From positions 128,001 to 192,000 of the forward strand of contig JAWBYA010000004.1 in NCBI GenBank assembly GCA_038867615.1: 64,000 nucleotides of DNA, written 5' to 3'. Below, piece after piece: positions 9,555-19,533 of this stretch. This DNA comes from Sulfolobales archaeon. GTDB lineage: Archaea; Thermoproteota; Thermoprotei_A; Sulfolobales; AG1. Position 1 is the stretch's first letter. Each line of letters starts with the position of its first letter. The notes below the pieces were generated by a model. It was not told the DNA's origin. It worked only from the letters and a program-made list of their open reading frames with translations, and did not search any database. A program made the position numbers and the translations under genes.

Positions 9555-11273
9555 TCAGAGCCTCATGTATTTGATGTAGAACTCCTTATAGTCTCCGAAT
9601 GGTTTTCTGAGGCTTGCTTCTGTTACTATTCTGAACTCCTCAGTATAGCCCTTACCATTATAGAGTATTAGTGCTGAGAGGTTCTTAGTGGTTGTTGAGC
9701 TAGCTCTATCTAGCGCTGTTATCACCGCACCTCCATGGGGATCTATTATTGTTAGATTTATGGCGAAGCCCCCGATCACGTAAGCCCTCTCGTACATGAC
9801 CTCTCTATACCAGTCCTCCCCATGGCTATTGTCTAGTGTTCTTACTAGCCAGACATCTATCATATCATCCTCGGTGAGTGTGGCGTTATACGGGATCTTT
9901 GAAGGATCCGATGTTGGTGTGAATGTGAAAGCACTTGTGAGTCTTATCAAATAGCTTCCACCTGATTCCATCGAATAAGAGGCCGCGCCTCTCCCCATAG
10001 CCCTGTTTGTGAAGTTCTGCATGAGTGTTGATATGAAGAGGCTATCGCTTGAATATATATTAGCGCTTGAGAAACCCTCGGAGTACGTTGATGCATTGAT
10101 AACCCCTCTGGGTGTTGTTAGAGTAGCCTCGTAGTAGATCCTATATCTCGTGTTCTCAACATAGTAAGATATCCCTAGACTCTCTATATCAACTATATAT
10201 GGTGTCCTATCATAACTAGCCTCTCCCTTCACAATACTCCCACCGCTTACAGCTCTGGAGGGGTCTGTCCATACTAATAATGCGCCTCCAACCATTACCA
10301 CGAACAGCTTGCTTTCAGCCCTTTTAGAGGCTTCATCCATACCAACAACCTGCATGGATATATTGGCATTCTTTCCAAGGGCTAGGAATGGTGTTAGATC
10401 TATAATCTGCGGGCTCTTAGTGTAATGGGTGTTCACAGATGTCATTGGTCTCCAATAGAGCGGGAATATACCTCCAGTAAATATTGTTGGGAATACGTGG
10501 AAAACCCCCGCCAGATTATCATTATAATATACCAGGATATCCCTCACAGAAGGTATATTCGCGTAGAAGAACTCATCAAGCCTGCCAGGCTTTGCGAATA
10601 GATATAGGGCTGTTCTATAAGCGTTATCAGGGATCCTTAGTGTCGTGTTCAGCACAAGCGTGTCTGGCGTGAAACTCCCTATTGGGGGGACTGCTTCTCC
10701 CCATAATGGTATATATGTATCAGGCACCCAGGATGGTGTTTTTCCTGGGTATAGGTAGAGCGTTATGTTGACTAGAAAGACCCCTACAATCCCTATAGAT
10801 GGTGCTAGGAAATTGGTGAGGACGATGCTGAAGTTAACATCGCCTTTGAAGAGGTTTAGGAATAGTGTTACATCAGCCTCGGCTGTCGAGTTGAGCCTCT
10901 GTATAGTAGATCCCCAGTATATTGGGACATTGTTAGCAAAGATCCAGAATATCCTGTCAAACTGTCTATCAGTCACCCTCATGCTGACATTAATTATAGC
11001 CCTGCTATAATTACCAGGAGGTATAGAGACAACAACACTCTTCGGAGTATAGCCCGTGTTTTCGAAAGACATGTTGATCGCTATAGGGATAACCACTGGC
11101 TGCACACCGCTTGGCGGGAGGGGTTTGAACGGTTCGAAAGACCAGTAGCTGGAGAAACTCCTGGGATCCTTATACTCTATAACCTCTAAAGACTGTGCAG
11201 ATGCCTGCACAGATAGGAGGAGTAGATAGAACAATCCAAACAGTAATACTGGATATCCACCCCTCCTACCCAA
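9555..11273 (-). CDS. Secreted peptide-N4-(N-acetyl-beta-glucosaminyl)asparagine amidase A (PNGase A-like)
   Basis: Signal peptide (..VQASAQ); RQFDR, DEFFY, FPTIFTGGIFPLYWRPM and IDLTPFL motifs typical of the PNGase A family. Confidence 0.78.
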   Translation of the reverse strand: MGRRGGYPVLLFGLFYLLLLSVQASAQSLEVIEYKDPRSFSSYWSFEPFKPLPPSGVQPVVIPIAINMSFENTGYTPKSVVVSIPPGNYSRAIINVSMRVTDRQFDRIFWIFANNVPIYWGSTIQRLNSTAEADVTLFLNLFKGDVNFSIVLTNFLAPSIGIVGVFLVNITLYLYPGKTPSWVPDTYIPLWGEAVPPIGSFTPDTLVLNTTLRIPDNAYRTALYLFAKPGRLDEFFYANIPSVRDILVYYNDNLAGVFHVFPTIFTGGIFPLYWRPMTSVNTHYTKSPQIIDLTPFLALGKNANISMQVVGMDEASKRAESKLFVVMVGGALLVWTDPSRAVSGGSIVKGEASYDRTPYIVDIESLGISYYVENTRYRIYYEATLTTPRGVINASTYSEGFSSANIYSSDSLFISTLMQNFTNRAMGRGAASYSMESGGSYLIRLTSAFTFTPTSDPSKIPYNATLTEDDMIDVWLVRTLDNSHGEDWYREVMYERAYVIGGFAINLTIIDPHGGAVITALDRASSTTTKNLSALILYNGKGYTEEFRIVTEASLRKPFGDYKEFYIKYMRL

Positions 11274-11368
11274 TGTACCACCCTCGAAAAATAGACATTA
11301 CAGGGATTTATAAAAGGTATAAGCGTTGGTGTAATAAGTGTTATTGACCCACAAGACTCGGTGATAAT

Positions 11369-12448
11369 ATGGGCAACCTAGAGAAGAGGCTTGAGCTCGC
11401 CATGAGGGGTGCTGAAGAGGTGGTTACTGTTGATGAGCTGAGAACCCTTATTGAGAGCGGGGGTGGGAAGGGCTATCTAGGTTTCGAGCCCTCGGGACTA
11501 TTCCATATAGGCTGGCTTGTGTGGGCTTACAAGTTCAAAGAGCTGATAGAGGCTGGTTTTAAGATGAAGCTCCTCGCAGCTACATGGCATGCGTGGATTA
11601 ATGATAAGCTTGGCGGTGATCTTGAGCTTATTAGGAGGGCTTCTAGACATGTGGCTGATGTTTTAGAAGCGATAGGGATAGACAGATCTTCTTATGATCT
11701 GGTATATGCTGAGGATCTAGTATCTGATCTAGAGTATTGGAACTTGATAATAAGGATCGCTAAGAGCTTCTCGCTCGCAAGGATCAGGAGGGCGTTAACA
11801 ATAATGGGTAGGAGGGCTGAGGAGTCTGAATCAGACTTCTCAAAACTCATATATCCGCTTATGCAGGTTGCCGATATATTCTACATGGATCTCGATCTAG
11901 CCCTCGGAGGGATAGATCAGAGGAAAGCCCACATGCTTGCCAGAGAAGCTGCTGAAAAGCTTAGAAAGAAAAAGATAGTCGCAATACACACACCCCTACT
12001 ACCCTCACTGCTAGGACCGGAGAAGATGGAAGCCGCTCTCGAGAGGGATGAGCTATACTCCCAGATCAAGATGAGCAAGTCAAAGCCCGAGGGGGCTATA
12101 TTCGTATATGACAAGCCTGAAGAGATATACTCAAAGATCCGGAAGGCCTACTGCCCACCAAGAGAGATAGAGACCAACCCAATAATAGGGATAGCTAGGC
12201 ATATACTGCTAAGAGGAGGGGGGACAATAACTATTGAGAGAAAACCCGAGCACGGAGGCACGGTAGAGCTAACTATAGAAGAGCTAGAGAGGCTATATTC
12301 TGAGGGAAAGATACACCCCCTCGATCTCAAGAACGCTGTTGCTAAGGAGCTGATAAGAATCTTAGAGCCTGTGAGAAGATACTTCGAAAGCAATAGAGAA
12401 GCGCTAGAGACGCTGGAAATCCTGAGAAGCTCTAGAATTACAAGATAA
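11369..12448 (+). CDS. tyrS: Tyrosine--tRNA ligase
   Basis: YLGFEPSG..HIGW, YPLMQVAD, GGIDQRKAH, KMSKS. Confidence 0.96.
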   Translation: MGNLEKRLELAMRGAEEVVTVDELRTLIESGGGKGYLGFEPSGLFHIGWLVWAYKFKELIEAGFKMKLLAATWHAWINDKLGGDLELIRRASRHVADVLEAIGIDRSSYDLVYAEDLVSDLEYWNLIIRIAKSFSLARIRRALTIMGRRAEESESDFSKLIYPLMQVADIFYMDLDLALGGIDQRKAHMLAREAAEKLRKKKIVAIHTPLLPSLLGPEKMEAALERDELYSQIKMSKSKPEGAIFVYDKPEEIYSKIRKAYCPPREIETNPIIGIARHILLRGGGTITIERKPEHGGTVELTIEELERLYSEGKIHPLDLKNAVAKELIRILEPVRRYFESNREALETLEILRSSRITR

Positions 12449-12492
12449 ACATTAACACCTATAACCAAGTCTGTAGAACACGACCTCAAAAC

Positions 12493-13395
12493 CTATTCTC
12501 TATACATAATATAAACGCCTAGAAGCATTGTGATACCCGCTAACAGCTGTATGAGGGAGAAGCCTTCTCTAAGAATGATGAATGCGAAAACAGCGCCAAA
12601 GAGTGAGGATGTTGAGAAAATGATCCCTGTTTTCATAGCGCCTATCTCCCTCAGACCCAGGAGGAAAAGGAGGATCGAGAACCCTATGCTAAGAGCTCCC
12701 GCCGATAGCATGTAGGGAAGCGCGGATAGAGGGATTTGGAGTGGTAGCCCTAGTAGTTTGGAGAGTAGTAGCAATACCGCTCCTCCTGCTAGGCATTTTA
12801 TAGCTGTTACAATCACTATATCCTTCCTGCTTAAAAGCTTGCTCAGGTTGTTATCGATACCCCAGAACATGCTTGCCATCACTATCAATAGGTTGCCTAG
12901 GAGGTTCTGGGTGAGGGTTAGTAGGTGGAACTCACCGTTAGTTGTTAGAAACAAAGCCCCAGTGAATATGAGAAAGATCCCAAACCAGTCTTTTCCATAC
13001 GCCTTTTCACCCAAGAAGAGGAACGCTATCAATGCTGTGAACAAGGATTCAGTGTTCTGCAATAGGGATGCGTTAACCGCTGTAGTCTGGTTAAGGCCGT
13101 TTAGGTATAGGAGAGGCGCGATTGTGGAGCCAGATAGTATGACTAGCACGAGTATACCGAGATCCTTTTTATCCATCCTAGCCTCTATCCCAGTAGGTAT
13201 TGCGAGGATTTTTAGGAGCCTGCTACTAAGTGGTGAGAGCCTAACTATTGATAGGAATAATCCCGCAAACACATATATAGCACCAGCAACTACCGTCGGG
13301 TGCACGTCTGCCAGGACTATTTTATTCAGAGTAGCTCCAAGCCCGAAGAGAAGAGCTGATGAGATCGCAGCGATATATCCCCACTGATGAGCCAT
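12493..13395 (-). CDS. DMT/EamA-family transporter
   Basis: ~10 TM segments in two EamA-like repeats (LFLGEK / ILREG). Confidence 0.85.
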   Translation of the reverse strand: MAHQWGYIAAISSALLFGLGATLNKIVLADVHPTVVAGAIYVFAGLFLSIVRLSPLSSRLLKILAIPTGIEARMDKKDLGILVLVILSGSTIAPLLYLNGLNQTTAVNASLLQNTESLFTALIAFLFLGEKAYGKDWFGIFLIFTGALFLTTNGEFHLLTLTQNLLGNLLIVMASMFWGIDNNLSKLLSRKDIVIVTAIKCLAGGAVLLLLSKLLGLPLQIPLSALPYMLSAGALSIGFSILLFLLGLREIGAMKTGIIFSTSSLFGAVFAFIILREGFSLIQLLAGITMLLGVYIMYRE

Positions 13396-13548
13396 GTTTG
13401 CAAGACCACCTCTTGTAATACAATCACAATACTAGTTTCTCGCGGCAACATAAGCATCCCAGTAGCTGAACGCCTCTTCTCCCGAGTTTGTTATCCTCAA
13501 CCCTTGAATAGATATTTCTCGATATGTGTTAGGAAGATTGGGATACAT

Positions 13549-14796
13549 ATGATCAGAATTGTTGGCCCACACCTCTATATCGGTGAATACCTTGCCGAAG
13601 ATCTTGCTGAGAGGTTTGGGACTCCTCTTTACGTGTATGATAAGGAGGTGATTGTGGAGAACTACCTGAGACTAGCTAGATCGATACCCTATGAGGATCT
13701 CGAGATCCTTTACTCGTGTAAGGCTAACAATAACCCCGAGATTCTAGTTACGCTGAGGGATCTGGGGAGCGGTTTAGATGCTGTCTCTCCATTCGAGGCT
13801 CTCTTGGGTATCAGGCTTGGCTTCCCCAGGGAGAAGATCCTCTTCACAGGCACAAGCGTCTCAGACAATGAGATGAGGTTCGTTAGAGGCGAGCTTGGCG
13901 TGATGATCAATATTGATTCACTCTCCCAGCTTAAGAGATATGGGAGACTATTCCCCGGAACCGAGGTTTCTGTGAGAGTGAACCCCGGCGTTGGTGCTGG
14001 TCATCATGGCTATGCAGTAACCGGGGGTGTTACCAAATTTGGTGTCTATTTGAACCAGATTGAGAGGGTTAGGGATATAGCTAGGGAGTTTGGCTTAAGG
14101 ATTGTAGGGCTCCATATGCATATCGGCTCCGGGATACTCGATGCGAGCGTGTATGGAGAGGCTCTAGACGTGCTGCTAAGTGTGGCTAGAAGGTTCAGCG
14201 GTCTTGAGTTCATAGATATAGGCGGGGGTCTTGGGATACCGTATAAGCCTGGCGAGAGACCAATAGATCTAGATCGATTCGGCTCCGTAGTATCAAAAGC
14301 CCTGAGGGATTTTAGCCAATCCTATGGGCATGTTAAGCTGAGGATAGAGCCTGGGAGATATATTGTTGGCAATGCCGGTGTCCTCCTAGTCAGGGTTGTT
14401 GATATAAAGGAGGTTGAGGTCAACGGCTCTAGAAAGATCTTCGTGGGCGTTGATTCGGGTATGAACCACCTGATCAGACCAGCCCTCTACGGATCCTACC
14501 ACGAGGTGATACCAGCCTCTAAGGCTGACAAGCCCAAAGAGATCTTAGCCGACATAGTGGGTAATATATGTGAGAGCGGCGACATCCTAGCCCTCGAGAG
14601 ACCCATGCCCAGGCTAGAGGAGGGAGATCTTCTAGCCATAATGGATGTAGGTGCATATGGCTATTCAATGAGCTCCAACTATAACCTCAGGCCAAGACCT
14701 CCTGAGATCATGGTATTCAGAGGCGAAGTAAAGCTTATACGTGGAAGAGAAACTTTCGACGATCTTATCAGGCTAGCTACCAACAGCTCTATATGA
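13549..14796 (+). CDS. lysA: Diaminopimelate decarboxylase
   Basis: FGTPLYVYD, YSCKAN (PLP Lys), HMHIGS, DIGGG, IEPGR, GNICESGD, MSSNYN; likely start ATG 13549. Confidence 0.88.
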   Translation: MIRIVGPHLYIGEYLAEDLAERFGTPLYVYDKEVIVENYLRLARSIPYEDLEILYSCKANNNPEILVTLRDLGSGLDAVSPFEALLGIRLGFPREKILFTGTSVSDNEMRFVRGELGVMINIDSLSQLKRYGRLFPGTEVSVRVNPGVGAGHHGYAVTGGVTKFGVYLNQIERVRDIAREFGLRIVGLHMHIGSGILDASVYGEALDVLLSVARRFSGLEFIDIGGGLGIPYKPGERPIDLDRFGSVVSKALRDFSQSYGHVKLRIEPGRYIVGNAGVLLVRVVDIKEVEVNGSRKIFVGVDSGMNHLIRPALYGSYHEVIPASKADKPKEILADIVGNICESGDILALERPMPRLEEGDLLAIMDVGAYGYSMSSNYNLRPRPPEIMVFRGEVKLIRGRETFDDLIRLATNSSI

Positions 14797-14960
14797 AATT
14801 ATATTCCTGCTAACAAGAATCCCACAAATAGCTGATCCATAGACAAAGAAAATATATTTAAGATCTATCAGCATGTATTGATCTAATGCCGGGCTATGAT
14901 ATAGATTACTTTTACCGTCACTTCCCTCCTTAGTCTGTGTTTGCACTAGTTATAGGCTCT

Positions 14961-15921
14961 TCACCCCTTAGCTGGTGTTCCAGCCTTGTGGAGTAAGGCG
15001 TTAAGCTCTTCCAGACCCCTGGGTAGATGTCTAGCCCCTAAACCTGTCGCTTTATAAGCCCCCATCATGTTCCCCAGTCTGGCTGCCTCTTCAAGGCTTT
15101 GCTGCCTAATTATGCCATAGATAACGCCAGCGTCGAATGCGTCTCCGCATCCTGTTGTGTCGATAGCTTTGACTCTATATGCTGGTATGTTTATCAGCTT
15201 GTCTGAATAGCTGATCGTAGATCCTTTCTCACCCCTCTTCACAAAGATCGCTCTTGGCTTGAGCATCTCATCCAGTTTCTTGGTAGCTTTGCTTAGATTG
15301 CGCTCACCACTCACGCCTCTAAGCTCTTCCACGTTTAGGAAGACGTATGAGACCTTTCCCCTTAATCCCTCGAGAATCCCTGGCTTTTCTCCACTTATCT
15401 CGTGAAGATCCACCCCTACCTCGACCCCTAGTTTATATGCAAGCTCTGCTGCCCCGATCATTGCTTCCTCCCCCCCATGGGCTGTGGGCTAGATAGCCCG
15501 AGATGAACAGGAACTTCGAGCCCTTCAGGGTCTCGGCTAGAGAGTCTAGGTCGGCGTATCGCTCTTCACAAGCGCCTCTATAGCTGAAGAGGGTTCTGGA
15601 GCCGTCTGGTTCTACGAAGGCTACTGTTACTCCGGAGTGTTTGTCTCTAAAGATCTTAACGTGCCTCGAATCTATGCCCTCGTTCTCTAGATCCTCTAGT
15701 AGGTAGCGGCCTATAGCATCCCCACCTACTGCTGATACTAGGCATGTTTTAACCCCGAGCCTTGAGAGTGCTGTTGAGATGTTACCCCCTACTCCTCCGG
15801 GCGATATGAATGCTCTGCTTATCACGTGGGATAGGCCGTCGATCTTTGCTCTTCTGTCTATGTAGAAGAGTATATCGAGCAGGAGATCCCCGATCACCAC
15901 GACCTCGCAGGCTTGGCTCAA
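14961..15921 (-). pseudogene. PfkB-family carbohydrate kinase split by a frameshift
   Basis: N-half 15433-15921 (GGVGGN, VGGDAIG) and C-half 14961-15461 (DTTGCGDAF). Removing one G from the G7 run (C7 at 15470-15476 on +) fuses them: PWGEEAMIGAA. Confidence 0.75.
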
Positions 15922-16814
15922 GAGCCTCTCAGCCTCTTTACAACGCTCATTAGCCTCCTAACCCTCTCTGGATCCACGGGGTTCTGGGCTATGCCGTTGA
16001 TTTTGAAATAGGTACCAACTATGGCTCCATCTGCGTATCTCAGCAGCTTCTCGGCATTGTCTGGGTTGAGACCGCTTCCTATTAGGACTGGCATGTCACC
16101 TGCTATCTCTTTAGCTAGTTTTACATCATCAACGCTTGGGGGGTCTCCTGTCATTTTTCCTGTCACGATCACTGCGTCGGCTAGGTAGAAATCGCTCCAC
16201 GTGATATGGGTTGCTAGATCTATGCCTGGGAAGACCTTGCTGTGCTTCTTAACCACGTCTGCGAAGAACTTGATATCCTCTGCCATCAGGCTCTTCCTAA
16301 GCCTGAAGAGATTGGCTGCTACGCCATGATCTATCTCACCAGTATCCCAGACGGTTGCTCCTGTATATAGACAGACCCTGATGAACTTAGCTCCAGCAGC
16401 CTTGGCTATGCCTAGAGCTGCTCTAGTACCGTTATGTATCACTGTAATGCCTACCGGTATGCTTATGCTTTTAACAACCTCTCTCGCAGCCACAGCTTGG
16501 GCTGCTATCTCCTCTGGCGGTGTTCTCTCCCAACCACTATAGTATGGTAGATCCCACATATTCTCCACAATAACCCCGTCGACCTCGTTCTCCTCATATA
16601 TCCTTGCTTCCCTCACGGCCCTCTCGATCACGGTATCCATGGGCCAGCCCTCATATGCTGGAGAGCCTGGTAGAGGGAGTAGGTGAACCATGCCTATTAT
16701 AGCCTTATCAACCTTGAAGAGCTCTTTAATGGACCACATTCTCTTAGAATAGAACCTTCTAGCCCAGTCCTCAACCATAAGCTCGAGATCCCGCCGCCTC
16801 ACAAGAAACACCAA
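15918..16814 (-). CDS. BtpA/SgcQ-family TIM-barrel protein
   Basis: IGMVHLLPLPGSP, VENMWDLP, ADVVKKHS, ADAVIVTG, ADGAIVGT. Confidence 0.9.
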   Translation of the reverse strand: MVFLVRRRDLELMVEDWARRFYSKRMWSIKELFKVDKAIIGMVHLLPLPGSPAYEGWPMDTVIERAVREARIYEENEVDGVIVENMWDLPYYSGWERTPPEEIAAQAVAAREVVKSISIPVGITVIHNGTRAALGIAKAAGAKFIRVCLYTGATVWDTGEIDHGVAANLFRLRKSLMAEDIKFFADVVKKHSKVFPGIDLATHITWSDFYLADAVIVTGKMTGDPPSVDDVKLAKEIAGDMPVLIGSGLNPDNAEKLLRYADGAIVGTYFKINGIAQNPVDPERVRRLMSVVKRLRGS

Positions 16815-17751
16815 GGATTAGATAGCATGGAGGAATAAAGACACAGAGACCAATGGTTTCTAAACGCTATTAAGCAATCCCAATCCAGGCTAGCCAGACC
16901 CTGCTCTAGAATCCTTATAAGAACATCGTGAGACATAGATCCAGTAGCACCCCTAGAAGGATAGGAATATGTTTCGATAAACATGAGCAGCCGTGTATAG
17001 ATTAGTAAACCAGGCAATCGACCGGTAAACTCGATAGCCTATAGAACGTAGAGTCTACCCATACACCTAGAGCTTAGAGAAAAAACCCCTCTCCTCTCAC
17101 CCCGCTATCCCAGCGGGATGGCCAGCGTCTTAGAAATATTGCCCAACTACTATTCAAAGATACCCTTCCCTTTTGATATAGAGTATTGGTTATTAACCTT
17201 CCCGGAAGGAGACCCTATGTCTCTTGATACTTGGTCTTTCTACCTCTCTACCCCGCTTTTGATCAATACGACCAATAGCCTGGATAGCCCTTTCCCTTTA
17301 GGATATATACCTACTCCTTCTCCCTATCTATATAGGTGTTCTGTTAATGTTATTAGGATCAACAAAAGGAGCCCAGACCATGTTGCTAGACACGATCCTG
17401 GCTAACACTGGTTGCGTTATAGAATGAGTAAGATAAAGAGTAGACATTTATGGCATATCAAAAACATCAGTATGCTTGATATTGAAAGTCGATTACAAGG
17501 ATTCGATGAAGCCTTAGCGATACTGAAACCTCGAAAATCCAGAGAAACAATCATAGAGAGCAAAAACCCTGGGAAACAGATCCATATTAAAGAACGCGGT
17601 AATATAATAGTGATCAAAAACTACTTAAGCCTGTTACGGGTAGAATAGGCTCATGTCTTCTTAACCAGTCAACCACTTCTGAGGCTAACACGTTTCAATC
17701 GATATAGGTGGCTCGAAATCGCTATAGTGAATATATCGTTTATACTATATT

Positions 17752-18457
17752 GATCGATGTTTTCTATGTAGTTTTCCGGGTTGATATTGATCCTTAGGGA
17801 TCTTGTTGATCGCTGTGGGGATCGTGGATCGAGGGCTGATCTTTATTGATCCGGATCTTGTGGAAGATCCCGTTGGATTTATGGTGTTGTTAACTGGCAC
17901 TTAATAACACCTGGTTAATTTTAACCTCTCCCCGCTAGATCAAAAAGATCACGAGGATCTTGAGAGATCCGAGAGGATCCTGGGGATCTAGGATCCCCGC
18001 CTACGGTGTAATAGAATATGTAGTATAAACCGTGGGTCGTGGGCTGTGGTGATACGCTAAATCAACGATCACGGAATCAAGGGCTTGGAATGGCTACATA
18101 TATTGGTGCTATGATCTGGGATCTATCTAATTGTGGTATTACTCGGGGGTTTGATCGCTGTGTGTGGTTTGATTGATCGATAATCCTGCTTAGGGATCTA
18201 CTGGGTAGTGGCTTGACAGGCTTTTCAATGGGGATATCTATCTATGGGTGTCTTGGTATATTGACTAGTATACGATCATAGGGATCGATCTTGAGTGATA
18301 CCGTCCATCAAAAGATCCATGATCATTGGCTCTCATTGGCTATATGTTCTGGAGCTAAGATCCTGGGATCTTTCTAGGATCGTATTACTATGAGATCATA
18401 TATAATATTATTTAAATAGTATATAAGGATCTGGTGTTCCTCGTCGGTGCATAGATC
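17752..18457. repeat. GATC-dense non-coding array; two ~10-bp-phased blocks at 17789-17869 and 17938-17995
   Basis: About 34 GATC counted by eye in ~700 bp. Block spacings are 10,9,12,7,11,10,6,12 and 9,9,10,10,9,7. Confidence 0.8.
17883..17926. other. 11-7-11 inverted repeat plus adjacent palindrome (candidate recombinase/dif-like site)
   Basis: GGTGTTGTTAA-CTGGCAC-TTAATAACACC (10 of 11 arm positions pair), then GGTTAA-TT-TTAACC. Function is inferred. Confidence 0.4.
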
Positions 18458-19113
18458 GGTAAATCCACCAATACACCAAGCAATCAACCACTCATTGGAA
18501 TAATCTTCCCAACCCTAGCGCTAGCTACTTGTCATCTCTACCCACTGCTACCCGGTAGCTTGGTGTATGCTATTCATTACTGCACATCGAAAACCGCCAA
18601 TAACCATGATCTGGATATATTATAGCGACACCGAATCCCTGTGGAAGTAATTCTTAGAATGGCAAATTTAGAGGTAGGGTAGCTAGTACCCAGATTGAGG
18701 TCTAGGCTTTATAGCTATTAGTATCAAACACTGGTTGACGGAACCTAGGATCCTTTCTCCTTATCTTTCTTCTCTTTTCTGCTTGTTTCTTCCTTACAAG
18801 TCCTACTAATATGATTGAATCCTCCCTCACTTCTCCTTAGATATAGGGTTTGTTAGAGAGGACTCAACAATTCTCCTAGCCTCACTACTGGCAAGATCGT
18901 CAGTTCTCCTTGGCAATAACATCCTCACTAACAAGGAGCTTAACAAAAAACTCCTAACTAAATCTCAAAACACCATCAGGATCCAAGATCTTTGATCATT
19001 AGCGCTAGCCCCAAGAACCTATTCTTGCCCCAATAGCTGCGAATCTCTTTCTAAGTCGATAACCAAAGCCGATGACGATACTATGATCTATATTATTGGT
19101 GCTGCTAGCTCTG

Positions 19114-19413
19114 CTAAACAAGCCTTAGCCATCCCTTCTTAATCATCAATGTCACTATTCTCCAAAACCTTCTCTCAGTAACATGCCTAGGATCGAAGCC
19201 CTTCTCGCTGAGAAGCCTCAGCGCCTCATCATAAAGATAATCCATAAGATCTCTGTTAATAACACCTCCAGTAACCTCGAGCACAGCGTGTTCAACATCC
19301 CTATTACTCGGGTATGGCTTCTTACCGCCACGATGCCCCCTAGATCCTCTGCTATTCTCCACAACCTCTCTCAATAGATCCTCAGGGATTCGGGAGAATA
19401 CATCGCTGGTCAA
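19114..19413 (-). CDS. Conserved crenarchaeal hypothetical protein
   Basis: KPYPSNRD...EKGF...VTERRFWR pattern; likely TTG start at 19413 after GGTGA RBS. Confidence 0.65.
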   Translation of the reverse strand: MTSDVFSRIPEDLLREVVENSRGSRGHRGGKKPYPSNRDVEHAVLEVTGGVINRDLMDYLYDEALRLLSEKGFDPRHVTERRFWRIVTLMIKKGWLRLV

Positions 19414-19533
19414 CCACTCACCAATAATATATACCAAGGAGCCAAATCTATACCGATCCCGTGTACTTCTTACTCTATGGTTGTTGAAAAACATATTAAG
19501 ATCTATTCATCACCACCATATTGGTGATATAGA

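Noticed and set aside
16799-17648. Short ORFs 16799-17017, 17118-17405, 17412-17648 and 17417-17617
   Set aside because: No motifs or clear start signals; probably spurious or decayed, so no gene call is supported.
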